Shown here in pieces: positions 29,389 through 39,191 of a stretch of DNA of 64,000 nt. The notes beneath the pieces are model-generated. The model had not been told where the DNA came from, did no database searches, and saw only the letters and a program-made list of their open reading frames with translations. The translations under genes were made by a program, and so were the position numbers. The DNA is from an uncultured Acidobacteriota bacterium (GTDB taxonomy: Bacteria; Acidobacteriota; Terriglobia; Terriglobales; Acidobacteriaceae). The stretch spans positions 427,632-491,631 of the forward strand of contig CAVQFB010000002.1 of assembly GCA_963711675.1 (NCBI GenBank), read 5' to 3'. Positions within the stretch are counted from its first letter, which is position 1, and the number at the start of each line of letters is the position of its first letter.

Positions 29389-30573
29389 TTATGCCAGCGT
29401 CTGCACCTCAACGGAAAGCACAGCGGGAAGATCGCGCACGATCGGATTCCAGCTGTCGCCCGCATCGGCGGACGCATAAACCTGCCCGCCGGTCGTGCCA
29501 AAATACACGCCGCATTTGTCTAGCGAGTCGATGGCCATGGCGTCGCGCAATACGTTGACGTAGCAGTTGCTCTGGGGCAGACCTTTAGTGAGGGCTTCCC
29601 ATTCGTTGCCGCCGGTGCGGCTGCGGTAGACGCGCAGCTTGCCTTCGTGCACGTAGTGCTCGGAGTCGCTCTTGATGGGGACGACGTAGATGGTCTCCGG
29701 CTCGTGCGCATGAACGTCGATGACGAAGCCGAAGTCGGTGGGCAAGTTGCCGCTGATCTTGGTCCACTGGTCGCCGGCATCGTCACTACGCATGACATCC
29801 CAGTGCTTCTGCATGAAGAGCACGCCCGGACGCGACGGGTTCATCGCCACATGGTGAACGCAGTGGCCGACCTCGGCAGTCGGGTTGGGAATGTATTTCG
29901 AGTAAAGGCCCTTGTTGATGGGCTTCCAGCTGTTGCCCCCGTCGTCAGTGCGGAAGGCGCCCGCGGCGGAGATGGCGATGAAGATCCGCTTGGGATTCCT
30001 GGGATCCAGAATGATCGTGTGCAGGCACATGCCACCGGCGCCGGGTTGCCACTTGGGGCCAGTGCCATGGCCGCGCAGCCCGGACATTTCCTGCCACGAT
30101 TCCCCGCCGTCGGTCGAGCGGAATATGGCAGCGTCTTCGACTCCGGCGTAAACGGTGTCGGGATCGGTGAGCGAGGGTTCGAGATGCCACACGCGCTTGA
30201 ACTCCCAGGGATGTTGGGTGCCGTCATACCACTGGTGGGTGGTAAGCGGCTTTCCAGTTTCCGAGGTCGCGTCGTAGACGAACTTGTTGCTGTCGCTCTT
30301 GGGCATGGCCGGCGGAGCGGCTGGCTGGCCGGGCGTGGTTCCGGGCTGATGCCAGGTTTTGCCGCCGTCGTCAGAGCGTTGAATGATCTGTCCGAACCAG
30401 CTGCTGGACTGGGACGCGTAGAGACGATTGGGATCAGCGGGCGATCCCTTGAGGTGGTAGAGCTCCCAGCCGGCGAAGTGAGGACCGCTGACATCCCAGT
30501 TTTCACGCTTGCCGTCCGAGGTAAGTATGAATGCGCCTTTGCGTGTGCCGACGAGTACACGGACTTTGCTCAT
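29389..30573 (-). CDS. BNR/Asp-box repeat beta-propeller protein (sialidase-fold glycosyl hydrolase-like)
   Basis: Five SxDxGxxW Asp-boxes ([43 protein letters not shown]). Confidence 0.75.
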   Translation of the reverse strand: MSKVRVLVGTRKGAFILTSDGKRENWDVSGPHFAGWELYHLKGSPADPNRLYASQSSSWFGQIIQRSDDGGKTWHQPGTTPGQPAAPPAMPKSDSNKFVYDATSETGKPLTTHQWYDGTQHPWEFKRVWHLEPSLTDPDTVYAGVEDAAIFRSTDGGESWQEMSGLRGHGTGPKWQPGAGGMCLHTIILDPRNPKRIFIAISAAGAFRTDDGGNSWKPINKGLYSKYIPNPTAEVGHCVHHVAMNPSRPGVLFMQKHWDVMRSDDAGDQWTKISGNLPTDFGFVIDVHAHEPETIYVVPIKSDSEHYVHEGKLRVYRSRTGGNEWEALTKGLPQSNCYVNVLRDAMAIDSLDKCGVYFGTTGGQVYASADAGDSWNPIVRDLPAVLSVEVQTLA

Positions 30574-30645
30574 GCCTTGCTCCTTGATCAGTTCTCAGTT
30601 GCGAACTTCTTGGTCGACAGACAGGCGGACAGTCCTCCGCATCCT

Positions 30646-31134
30646 TCAGGTTCCGCGCCGGACTCGTCCCAGATTGCGGGCGACACCCTCGTTAAATGTG
30701 GGAATCAGCGGTGTCGAATCCCGTTCCTGCCAGCGGCGCCGGGTTTCGGCGATGACCTGGTCGCGATTCTTCTCCATGTTGTCGATGAGAGCGCAGGACG
30801 CTCCCGCCTCCTCGTGACGCGATCCCCAAATTAGCAATTCGAGCATGACCGGCGCCAGATCAATTCCTTTTTCCGTCAGCCGGTAGTTCACCTTCCGCCC
30901 ATCTGTCTCCTCTTTTTCCTGCAGGATGATTCCGGATGCTTCCAGTTTTCTTAGACGGTCGGACAGGATGTTGGTAGCAATCCGTTCGCCTGCCCCCTGG
31001 AAGTCCTTAAAGGACCGGTAGCTGCGAACCATGAGATCGCGAATGATCAAGAGCGACCAGCGATCGCCGAACCGCTCGAGGGAGAGGCTCACGGGACAGC
31101 CGGAGCGCCGTTCGGGCCTGGGTTTCAGGGACAC
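30646..31134 (-). CDS. HxlR-family winged-helix transcriptional regulator with C-terminal extension
   Basis: CPVSLSLERFGDRWSLLIIRDL...FKDF...ATNILSDRLRKLEASGII...YRLTEKG. In-frame GTG 31134 is the nearest start; the 277-aa ORF from 31479 is rejected. Confidence 0.8.
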   Translation of the reverse strand: MSLKPRPERRSGCPVSLSLERFGDRWSLLIIRDLMVRSYRSFKDFQGAGERIATNILSDRLRKLEASGIILQEKEETDGRKVNYRLTEKGIDLAPVMLELLIWGSRHEEAGASCALIDNMEKNRDQVIAETRRRWQERDSTPLIPTFNEGVARNLGRVRRGT

Positions 31135-31384
31135 AGCCGGACAAGTTATCAATGTCACTTGCACAATGCAAGTTAAAAATGCTGAGGGAAAACGATCTGT
31201 GAGCCTGGAAACCGATGGATCGGTCTGGACCAGCGCCGTCCCTCGATTTGACTTTGGAATCTGACAGGAGCAATATTCCGTCGTTTTCGTCCCAGGTGAC
31301 ACCCACGTGGGAGCCCATCGGACCCCAGGGAAGAAGAGGCAATTCCAGAAGTGCCTCCAGGCTCGGTATTTCTTCGGTACAACC

Positions 31385-31750
31385 ATGCCTGCGCAGTACG
31401 TCATCGACAGGGCGCTTCTCACCGTGTTGACCAAGTTCAGCGGTGAGCTAACTTTTGGCGAAGTTGTCGAGCACATCAAGAAGCTGGGTACCGACTCGGA
31501 TTTTGACCGAACCTTCGCCGAGATCGTTGACCTTAGCGAGGCGACGGACGTTCAACTGGATTACCTGGATTTCCAGCGACTTAAAAGCATCGATCCCTTC
31601 TCCGAAGGGTCGCGTCGAGCTTTTGTGATTCCCTCCAGAAACGTGGTCTACGGCGTGACCCGTATGTTTCAGGCGCTGCGCGAGGGCGAGGCTCACATCG
31701 AAATCTTCGAGAGTGCAGAAGATGCTCGGCGGTGGGTGTCGGAAGGCTAA
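31385..31750 (+). CDS. Hypothetical protein (about 121 aa; STAS/SpoIIAA-like size)
   Basis: ATG 31385 begins MPAQYVIDRALLTV... No confident motif. Confidence 0.45.
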   Translation: MPAQYVIDRALLTVLTKFSGELTFGEVVEHIKKLGTDSDFDRTFAEIVDLSEATDVQLDYLDFQRLKSIDPFSEGSRRAFVIPSRNVVYGVTRMFQALREGEAHIEIFESAEDARRWVSEG

Positions 31751-31911
31751 GCGCGATTTTTTCCCAGTTCCCAAGAAAAATTGAAGGGCGAGCCGTGACC
31801 AGCCGTTTTGGCGCATACGAGCCGGAACTTTCCAGGCGGTGCGTCCGTACCTTTAATTGACCGCAGTTTAAAGACATTCCTGTTTCGCGCCGTGCGCGCC
31901 GAGGAGAGGTC

Positions 31912-32265
31912 ATGGACGGAAATATTGTTGGGCTAGTGGCGGTAATCATGGTGTTCGGGATCCCGTTGGGCGCGATGTACACGTTTTATCGAGTGCGGAA
32001 GCTGCGCAGTGAAGAGCGGCTGGCGGCGATCGCGCGAGGAGTGAGCGTGCCCATGCAACCGGAGCTTCCGGAGGCGGCCCGTTCCCGGCGATCCGGCATT
32101 TTGCTGGTCACAGGGGCGCTCGGCTACATGGCGACATTCGCGCTGATCGCACGGGTAGAGTCGGATGCCTGGACAGCCGCCGCGTTCGGATTCATTCCGC
32201 TGGCGGTGGGTATTGGGTTCTTCGTCGATTCAGCCCTGATCCGGCGGGATATGCAGGCTTCGTGA
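31912..32265 (+). CDS. Small integral membrane protein (3 TM)
   Basis: Three hydrophobic helices separated by Arg-rich loops. Confidence 0.55.
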   Translation: MDGNIVGLVAVIMVFGIPLGAMYTFYRVRKLRSEERLAAIARGVSVPMQPELPEAARSRRSGILLVTGALGYMATFALIARVESDAWTAAAFGFIPLAVGIGFFVDSALIRRDMQAS

Positions 32266-32389
32266 GTGCGAAAGCGAGGTCACGCGCAAGCGCGGCGCCG
32301 AGCCACAAATAAGTAGAGGCGAACGCCCAAGCCCGTTCGCCTGATACCTGATCGTCTGATGCGAAGTATTTGGAGTACCTAAGGTTGGA

Positions 32390-32647
32390 CTATTTTCGGT
32401 CGTCGTGATCGGCGAATTCCACCCCGGCTCTAACTTCCTGAATGGCACTCTGAGTCAGATCCAGAGCCTTCTCCCGGTGGCCGCCTTTGTCATGTGCCGC
32501 CATTTCTAACTCCTTCTTGGCTTCCTCGAGATGGTGCAGAGCGGCGCGCATATGCGGCTGTCGCTCGTCGGCGAGAGCGCGATATCCCGCCAGTGATCCC
32601 AGGGTCAATGCAATGGTCAAAGCGGACGTAGCAAGGTAACGTTTCAC
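32390..32647 (-). CDS. Small secreted His-rich helical protein
   Basis: GTG 32647 is preceded by AAGGAGAA. Signal peptide VKRYLATSALTIALTLGSLAG. Confidence 0.45.
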   Translation of the reverse strand: MKRYLATSALTIALTLGSLAGYRALADERQPHMRAALHHLEEAKKELEMAAHDKGGHREKALDLTQSAIQEVRAGVEFADHDDRK

Positions 32648-32726
32648 TCGTTTTCTCCTTGGGAATGCAGATTGGGTTCCATGATGGTGCACGAAAACGA
32701 GCTTCCGAGTCCAGTCGAAAACGCTT

Positions 32727-32996
32727 CTAGACGCGGTGGAACATTAACGTCGGAGGTATCTCCACGTCCTGTTGCCGCCCCGCCTTCGCGCTGGGGAGAA
32801 ACTGCTGGCAGTCATGCCCGTCGTACCAGCGTCTCGCGATACGCTGCTGGAATTCGAGGGGAGTCTCAGGGGTCAAGGGTTTCTGGATGTGAAACCGCCA
32901 TTCACAGAGACTGCAGAAGAAGCCGGCAACGGCACCATCGCTGGGCCAGGAAATCATCTCGCGCATAGGAGACCTTTTCGAACGGATGCCGCGCAC
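32727..32996 (-). CDS. Hypothetical small protein (Cys/His pattern CSLC...H.C)
   Basis: ORF only; weak support. Confidence 0.3.
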   Translation of the reverse strand: MRGIRSKRSPMREMISWPSDGAVAGFFCSLCEWRFHIQKPLTPETPLEFQQRIARRWYDGHDCQQFLPSAKAGRQQDVEIPPTLMFHRV

Positions 32997-33236
32997 CGCG
33001 GCCTCTCGAAGAAATCGGCTCGAATTCTAAATTCCGAATGTTGCAGAAGTATGAATTCTTTTCGACAGACCGCGCTTCAGGACGTGTCAGAATTTGTCAA
33101 CCGTGCCGAGACAGTTGAATTTCGGTGCTGAGATATACTTCTCCACATTAGCGGAGAGAGTTTTGGCGGAAGGCTGGCGCAATTTCCACAATTTGTGTTT
33201 CGAACTTGGAATCGTAGTTCGTGAGGGAACAGGATC

Positions 33237-34328
33237 ATGGCCTTTTGCGTGAATTGCGGTTCGAAGTTGCTTGAGAGTGCTGCTTTTTGCACAGAGTGTG
33301 GATCGCCGATCGAGAAAACAGAACCGGCGCCACCAACGGAGACGGTTCCAGCAGCCGAGCCGGTGGCGGCAGCACCGTTGCCGCCAGTCGTTGAGTTGCC
33401 GCAGGCCGAACCGCAGGCCTTACCGACGACAGATGCGGAACGATCCGTGGATGCCGATCTCCAGGCGCACGTCGCGGAAGCGACGAAAGCGTTTGCACCT
33501 GTTCCATCTCCATCGGATGCGCCGACTACAGAACTTCCTGCCGCTGTCGAAGCGTCGACGACTGTGACAGAAGCTGCTCCGGCAGAAGCGCTGCCCGTGG
33601 TTGAGGTTGAGCCAACACCCGCCGTTGAGGTCGAGCCGACGCCTGCGGTCGCTGAGCCGGTCTACGTTGCGGTGCCACAGGCCATTCCAGCTCAGGTTGA
33701 CACAGCCGTTCCTGACACTAGTGTTCCAACCCCTCCGGTCCAAATGTCAACGGCGCCTGCCGCGCCAGTTGCGCCTGCAAAAAGCGGCGGCGCTCTGAAG
33801 ATCATCCTGATTGTGTTCGCGGTGATTGCCGTGATTGTAGTCGCCATTGTGGGAGCGGGCGTCTACTTCGGTTACGATAAATTTCAGGAAGCGAAGCAGT
33901 CGTTAGGCATGAACAAGGGCACGAGCAGTTCAGAAGGGAAGACGACGGCCGCCGATCCGTGCGCGCTGGCGACGAAAGAGGAAGTGAGCGAAGCTTTTGG
34001 CAGCATGATCACCAGCGCAGTGCCGCACGGAAACAAGTGCACCTATTTGATCGCAAACTCAGGAAACCGGGGCATCACAGTCGCAGTTTTTTCGGGGGAT
34101 GCGAGCGCCAACTTCCGTCTCGCGGTGAGTGGAGCAAAGGCTCAGCCCCTTGATCTAACCACGGGCCAATTCAGCCCGTCCGGGCAACAGGCTGCGTACG
34201 CGTTCGGCACTCTTTATTTCTATCAGAGCGACACATTTGTGACCCTCTATATGAGTGGCGCGTACGCGGGAGCGGACGCGCCTCAGAAGGCTGCTGCTAT
34301 CGCCCGAAAGATGGCCACGCACATGTAA
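33237..34328 (+). CDS. Zinc-ribbon domain membrane protein with Pro/Ala/Glu-rich linker
   Basis: N-terminus CVNCGSKL..CTECGSPI; low-complexity PAE-rich region containing a 24-nt tandem repeat (33600-33647, VEVEPTPA x2); one TM helix (ALKIILIVFAVIAVIVVAIVGAGVYF); globular C-terminus. Confidence 0.7.
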   Translation: MAFCVNCGSKLLESAAFCTECGSPIEKTEPAPPTETVPAAEPVAAAPLPPVVELPQAEPQALPTTDAERSVDADLQAHVAEATKAFAPVPSPSDAPTTELPAAVEASTTVTEAAPAEALPVVEVEPTPAVEVEPTPAVAEPVYVAVPQAIPAQVDTAVPDTSVPTPPVQMSTAPAAPVAPAKSGGALKIILIVFAVIAVIVVAIVGAGVYFGYDKFQEAKQSLGMNKGTSSSEGKTTAADPCALATKEEVSEAFGSMITSAVPHGNKCTYLIANSGNRGITVAVFSGDASANFRLAVSGAKAQPLDLTTGQFSPSGQQAAYAFGTLYFYQSDTFVTLYMSGAYAGADAPQKAAAIARKMATHM

Positions 34329-34486
34329 GGCCATCGCGCGCGGCGAACCTCATCTGCAAACTGCAACTTTAATCCTCCGCCCGGTCGTAACTAGGCGGGT
34401 GGGTCTGCAGTCGTTAAAATAAAGGAATACGCTCAGGATGGCGCGGTGAACCCTAAACATAAGGAAAGTGTGAGGGAAACTCAAAA

Positions 34487-37150
34487 GTGACCCAAGTGGG
34501 ACAAGCGCGGGATGTGAGTTCTGTGTTGACGTTGGAGGAGATCAAAGAGCTGGCGGCGGAGACCGGAAAGCCAGCCGAGACTCTGACGAAGGTGGTGGCG
34601 CTGATTGCGAAGCGCTTTCAGACAGAGGTGTGTTCCGCGTATCTGCTGGAACCTGACCGCACGAACCTGGTGCTGGCGGCTACGGTGGGATTGCGGCCGC
34701 AGGCCGTGGGAACGCTGCGTATGGGTCTGAACGAAGGGTTAGCCGGCTTGGTGGCAGAGCAGGTGCAGCCGGTGGCGGTCGAGCAGGCGAGGAATCATCC
34801 CCGGTTCAAGTATTTCAGTGAGGCAGGAGAAGATGCGTACCAGACGTTCCTGGGCGTGCCGCTGATCGATCGAGGAGTTCTGCAAGGGGTGTTGGTAGTG
34901 CAGACGGTCGAAGCCCGGAGTTTTCGTGAAGACGAGATCAAGATGCTCGTCGATGCGGCGGGACAAGTGGCGCACGTGGTCAGCGAAGCCCGCACGCTCG
35001 ACCGGTTCGTCGCTCCGGCGCAGGAGCGGCTGTGGGCACTGGCTCGGAACCTCTGGTGGAGCTGGGACCACGATACCAGCAGTCTTTTCCGGGATCTCGA
35101 TGCGGCGCGCTGGCGACAGCTGAATCACAATCCGGTGGCGCTGCTGGCGGAGATTCCGCTGGCAGGAATCGAAAAGCGCGTGCGCGAGCAGGTGTTGCAC
35201 AGCCGAATCAACTACGCCTACCGGCGTCAACGTGAGTATCTGGAGGCGGACCGGACTTGGGGCGCGAGGCACGCGGGCATTCTCCGGCCACGTCCGGTAG
35301 CATATTTTTCCGCTGAGATCGGATTGCATGTTTCGGTTCCGGTCTACTCGGGCGGGTTGGGCGTACTGGCGGGCGATCACATCAAGAGCGCATCGGATTT
35401 GGGCATTCCTCTGGTTGCCGTAGGTTTGTTCTACGGTCAGGGTTATTTCCGGCAACGCCTTGACCGCAACGGCTGGCAACAAGAGGAGTACATCGAGACC
35501 GATGTTTATCAAATGCCGATGGAACCGGCCATCGGGACCAACGGCCAGCCGGTGACGGTGCAGATTGAGACGCGCAACGGATCGATCCGGGCAAAAGTGT
35601 GGCGCATGAAGGTGGGGCGCTGCGATTTGTTGCTGCTGGATTCGAATGTGGAAGGGAATGCACCCGAGGATCGCGAGCTGACTTCGCGCTTGTACGGTGG
35701 CGACGGGCGCGTTCGCATCCGGCAAGAGTTGCTGCTTGGAGTGGGAGGGTTCCGTGCCCTGAAGGCGATGGGAATCACCCCCGGCGTGCTCCACTTGAAC
35801 GAAGGCCACAGCGGTTTCGCTGTGCTCGAAGGCATACGCACACGTATGCAGGAGGAGGGCGTAGCTTTCGAGCATGCGGCACGGCGGGTTTCACGCGAGG
35901 TGGTCTTCACCACTCATACGCCAGTACCAGCGGGTCACGACAGATTTCCGGCTGATCTTGTGGAGGAGCACCTGGGACCTTTGCGCGACCAACTTGGGCT
36001 TCCACACGAAAGACTTCTGGAACTGGGGCGGCAGTATCCCGACAATCACGAAGAAGACTTCTGCATGACGGTGCTCGGTCTGAAGCTGTCGCGGCGCGCG
36101 AACGCGGTGTCAGCGCTGCACGGGGAAGTATCCCGGGCGATGTGGACGGGTGTGAAGGCGATCAATGGACATACGGTGCACATCGGACACATCACCAACG
36201 GAGTGCATGTGCCCTCGTGGCTGTCCCCACAGATGTTCCGGTTGTATGACCGGCACCTCGGCCCGGGATGGCACGAGCACAGCGGAGAAGCGAAGATCTG
36301 GGAAGGCATCGAGAACGTCGATGACGGGGAGTTGTGGGAGACGCATTTGAGCCTGAAGGCGAGGCTGCTGGAATTTGTGCGGCAGCGCGCGACAGATCAG
36401 GCGAAGTACCGCGGCGAAGGCGAGGAAGTGCTGCAGCGGCTGGGACGGGTGTTGAGTCCCGACGCGCTGACCATCGGGTTCGCGCGCCGTTTTGCGACGT
36501 ACAAGCGAGCGAACCTGATCCTGCGGGACATTGAGAAGCTGGCGTCGATGGTGAACGATCCCAAGCGGCCGGTGCAATTCATTTTTGCAGGGAAAGCGCA
36601 TCCCCGCGACGAACCCGGCAAGCGCGTGCTGCAGCAGGTTGCGGAACTGATGCGCAACGAGCAGTTCGCGGACCGCTTTGTATTTGTGGAAGATTACGAC
36701 ATCAACGTGGGGCGTCACCTGGTGCAAGGCGTCGACGTGTGGCTGAACAATCCGCGCCGACCGCTGGAGGCCTCGGGGACGAGCGGTCAGAAAGTCGTCC
36801 TTAACGGTGGGCTGAATCTCTCGGTTCTCGATGGCTGGTGGGCTGAGGCGTACGACGGCCTGAACGGATTTGCGATCGGAAACGGCAGAACTCACTCCGA
36901 CATGGATGTTCACGACGAACGCGACGGCGAGAACCTGTACCGGGTACTGCGCGACGAGGTTATCCCACTCTTTTATCAGCGCGACAGCTACGGGCTGCCG
37001 CGAGGTTGGATCAAGCGCATGAAGCGCACGATTCGCACCCTGGGATGGCGTTTCAATGCGAACCGCATGGTGATGGACTACACGCTGAAGTGTTACATCC
37101 CGGCGGCGGGCGGCGCCTCGAGCGACATGAGGTCACCGAGCCGGTTGTAG
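34487..37150 (+). CDS. glgP: Alpha-glucan family phosphorylase with N-terminal GAF domain
   Basis: GTG start; a GAF-like 170 aa region; DUF3417-type LARNLWWSWDH; PLP-Lys motif EASGTSGQKVVLNGG. Confidence 0.9.
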   Translation: MTQVGQARDVSSVLTLEEIKELAAETGKPAETLTKVVALIAKRFQTEVCSAYLLEPDRTNLVLAATVGLRPQAVGTLRMGLNEGLAGLVAEQVQPVAVEQARNHPRFKYFSEAGEDAYQTFLGVPLIDRGVLQGVLVVQTVEARSFREDEIKMLVDAAGQVAHVVSEARTLDRFVAPAQERLWALARNLWWSWDHDTSSLFRDLDAARWRQLNHNPVALLAEIPLAGIEKRVREQVLHSRINYAYRRQREYLEADRTWGARHAGILRPRPVAYFSAEIGLHVSVPVYSGGLGVLAGDHIKSASDLGIPLVAVGLFYGQGYFRQRLDRNGWQQEEYIETDVYQMPMEPAIGTNGQPVTVQIETRNGSIRAKVWRMKVGRCDLLLLDSNVEGNAPEDRELTSRLYGGDGRVRIRQELLLGVGGFRALKAMGITPGVLHLNEGHSGFAVLEGIRTRMQEEGVAFEHAARRVSREVVFTTHTPVPAGHDRFPADLVEEHLGPLRDQLGLPHERLLELGRQYPDNHEEDFCMTVLGLKLSRRANAVSALHGEVSRAMWTGVKAINGHTVHIGHITNGVHVPSWLSPQMFRLYDRHLGPGWHEHSGEAKIWEGIENVDDGELWETHLSLKARLLEFVRQRATDQAKYRGEGEEVLQRLGRVLSPDALTIGFARRFATYKRANLILRDIEKLASMVNDPKRPVQFIFAGKAHPRDEPGKRVLQQVAELMRNEQFADRFVFVEDYDINVGRHLVQGVDVWLNNPRRPLEASGTSGQKVVLNGGLNLSVLDGWWAEAYDGLNGFAIGNGRTHSDMDVHDERDGENLYRVLRDEVIPLFYQRDSYGLPRGWIKRMKRTIRTLGWRFNANRMVMDYTLKCYIPAAGGASSDMRSPSRL

Positions 37151-37180
37151 TCAATTCACGTGGTTCACTGCGTGAACTCA

Positions 37181-38962
37181 CTAAGTCGTTGGAGCCGGGC
37201 TCGACTCCTCGGCCTGCGCGTACATCTCTTCGATCTGGCGGTGGTAGCGTTCTTCGACGACGCGGCGCCTCAATTTTAGCGTTGGGGTCAGCGTGCCGGT
37301 CTCAGGCGAAAATTCATCGGCGATCAGCAGGACTCTTTTCATCGTCTCAAAGCGGGCCAGGTTGCGGTTTACTTCGGCGACAATCCCTTCATAAAGCGCG
37401 CGCACTCTCGCGTTCGCAATCAGTTCCTCACGGGAGACGAAAGCCACCTGGTTGGTGCGCGCCCAATCTTCCAGTAAAGGGAAGTGGGGAGAAATGATTA
37501 CCGCCGGAAATTTGCGCCGTTCACCCACCACCACGGCCGCAGCCACGAGCGCGTTGAGCTTCAGAGAGTTTTCTATCGGCTGCGGCGCAATGAACTTTCC
37601 CCCGGAGGTCTTGATGAGATCTTTCTTGCGGTCGGTGATGGAGAGAAATCCGTCTTCATCGAGGTTCCCGACATCCCCCGTGCGGAACCAGTCTGCAAGA
37701 AACGCGTTCGTGGTCTCTTCGGGACGGTTCCAGTAGCCCCTGAAGACGGAAGGGCCGCGCACCAGGACCTCGCCATCTTCGGCGATGCGCACTTCGACGT
37801 TAGAAAGGGGCTTACCTACGGTTCCGATCTTGTGCGCGCGCGGAGTATTAACCGCGATCACAGGCGAAGTTTCGGTGAGCCCGTAACCTTCGTGGATGCG
37901 AATTCCAATGGTGGCGTACCATTCGGCGATCTCGCGTCCCAGCGGAGCGCCGCCAGAAATAAAGACACGAACATTGCCCCCCATTCCGGCGCGGACTTGC
38001 GAATAGACAAGTCGGTTGGCAAGGCGCCAGGTTAGAGTGTTCGGCCGACGACCTGCCAGGATTTCCGGCTTATTTGAACGGCCGACGGATAGCGCCCAGT
38101 GATAGATGGAACTCTTGGGAAAACTTTTGGTCTTCTGCACGACCTGGGCATAGATCTTCTCGTAGACGCGGGGAACGGCCACGAAGACGGAAGGATGGAC
38201 TTCGGAAAGCGCTTCTGGAAGATGTTCGATCAACGGGCAGTATGCCAGTGTTACCCCATGGCTGAGCAGTGCGAAATCAACATGGCGAGCAGTTACGTGC
38301 GAGAGAGGAAGAAACGAGACGCTGATATCGCCGGGTTGCATGTCGAACCCGAGGAGAGAGCAGGAGATGTTCGAAGCCATGTTGCCGTGCGTGAGCATGG
38401 CTCCTTTGGAGGTTCCCGTGGTTCCAGACGTATAAATAATGGTGGCGAGATCCTCGGGTGTCACGGAGTGGCCAAGGGCTTCAAGTTCGGGATCGGGCTG
38501 CTCTGTGCCTTCCTGCATGAGCCGATGCAGATGGACGGCGTGGGCGGTTTCGACGGCGTCCATGACTATTACCCTTTCAACCGGTGTCTGGTCCCGGATG
38601 GCAAGAACCTTCTGCAGCTGCTTTGCGGTGGAGACTGCGACGACGCGAGCCCCTGAATCGCGAAGGATGGCGGCCGTCTGCACGTCGGTGAGCGTGGAGT
38701 AAATGGGAACCACGACAGCACCAAGCAACAGGGAAGCGAAATCGACAATGGCCCATTCGGGGCGATTCTCGCTGAGGATGGCAACCCGGTCACCCTTTGA
38801 AATTCCGAACGCGAGCAGACCCCGGGCGACGCCGGCGACATCGCGATAAAACTCCCGGGAACTCATGGGGACCCAGCCGAGGGCCTGGCGATGCAGCATG
38901 ACGCGGTCACGGCCGCTTTCGGCGATGGAGAAGAAGATGTCGTTAAGAGAGTTGAGAGTCAT
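37181..38962 (-). CDS. Long-chain fatty-acid--CoA ligase (AMP-dependent synthetase)
   Basis: AMP-binding motif IIYTSGTTGTSKGAMLTHGN, EGYGLTET, TGDVG..DEDGFLSITDRKKDLIK. Confidence 0.9.
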   Translation of the reverse strand: MTLNSLNDIFFSIAESGRDRVMLHRQALGWVPMSSREFYRDVAGVARGLLAFGISKGDRVAILSENRPEWAIVDFASLLLGAVVVPIYSTLTDVQTAAILRDSGARVVAVSTAKQLQKVLAIRDQTPVERVIVMDAVETAHAVHLHRLMQEGTEQPDPELEALGHSVTPEDLATIIYTSGTTGTSKGAMLTHGNMASNISCSLLGFDMQPGDISVSFLPLSHVTARHVDFALLSHGVTLAYCPLIEHLPEALSEVHPSVFVAVPRVYEKIYAQVVQKTKSFPKSSIYHWALSVGRSNKPEILAGRRPNTLTWRLANRLVYSQVRAGMGGNVRVFISGGAPLGREIAEWYATIGIRIHEGYGLTETSPVIAVNTPRAHKIGTVGKPLSNVEVRIAEDGEVLVRGPSVFRGYWNRPEETTNAFLADWFRTGDVGNLDEDGFLSITDRKKDLIKTSGGKFIAPQPIENSLKLNALVAAAVVVGERRKFPAVIISPHFPLLEDWARTNQVAFVSREELIANARVRALYEGIVAEVNRNLARFETMKRVLLIADEFSPETGTLTPTLKLRRRVVEERYHRQIEEMYAQAEESSPAPTT

Positions 38963-39191
38963 CCCAAACTTGGGTCTCGGAAAAACGCGCAGAAGTGGCA
39001 GAAAAGCTCACTGTCCCTGCATGCATGACTTTTCCCGCCAAAAGCCCATCGGCTGCGTGTATGCAGAAAATGTAATGGTTATGCGGCCCGCTGCGCAATG
39101 ACAAAGGCGGTTTCGCATTGACCAATAGCCGTCCACCGAATACGCTTTTGGGACAATCGCTTTTGTAACTACCAGCGAAGGGGTTTAGGAA

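Noticed and set aside
29647-30834. 395-aa + strand ORF, plus the 239-aa minus-strand ORF 29841..30560
   Set aside because: Both overlap the BNR-repeat gene, which has five clear Asp-boxes. Their composition is low-complexity Arg/Ala/Gly, so I treat them as shadow ORFs.
30646-31479. Full 277-aa version of the HxlR ORF
   Set aside because: The first 115 codons or so have no similarity to HxlR proteins. They overlap the divergent promoter region and the 31385 gene. HxlR homology begins right after GTG 31134.
34739-36913. Long minus-strand ORFs (34739..35875 and 36110..36913)
   Set aside because: They are antisense to the alpha-glucan phosphorylase gene, which has unambiguous catalytic motifs.
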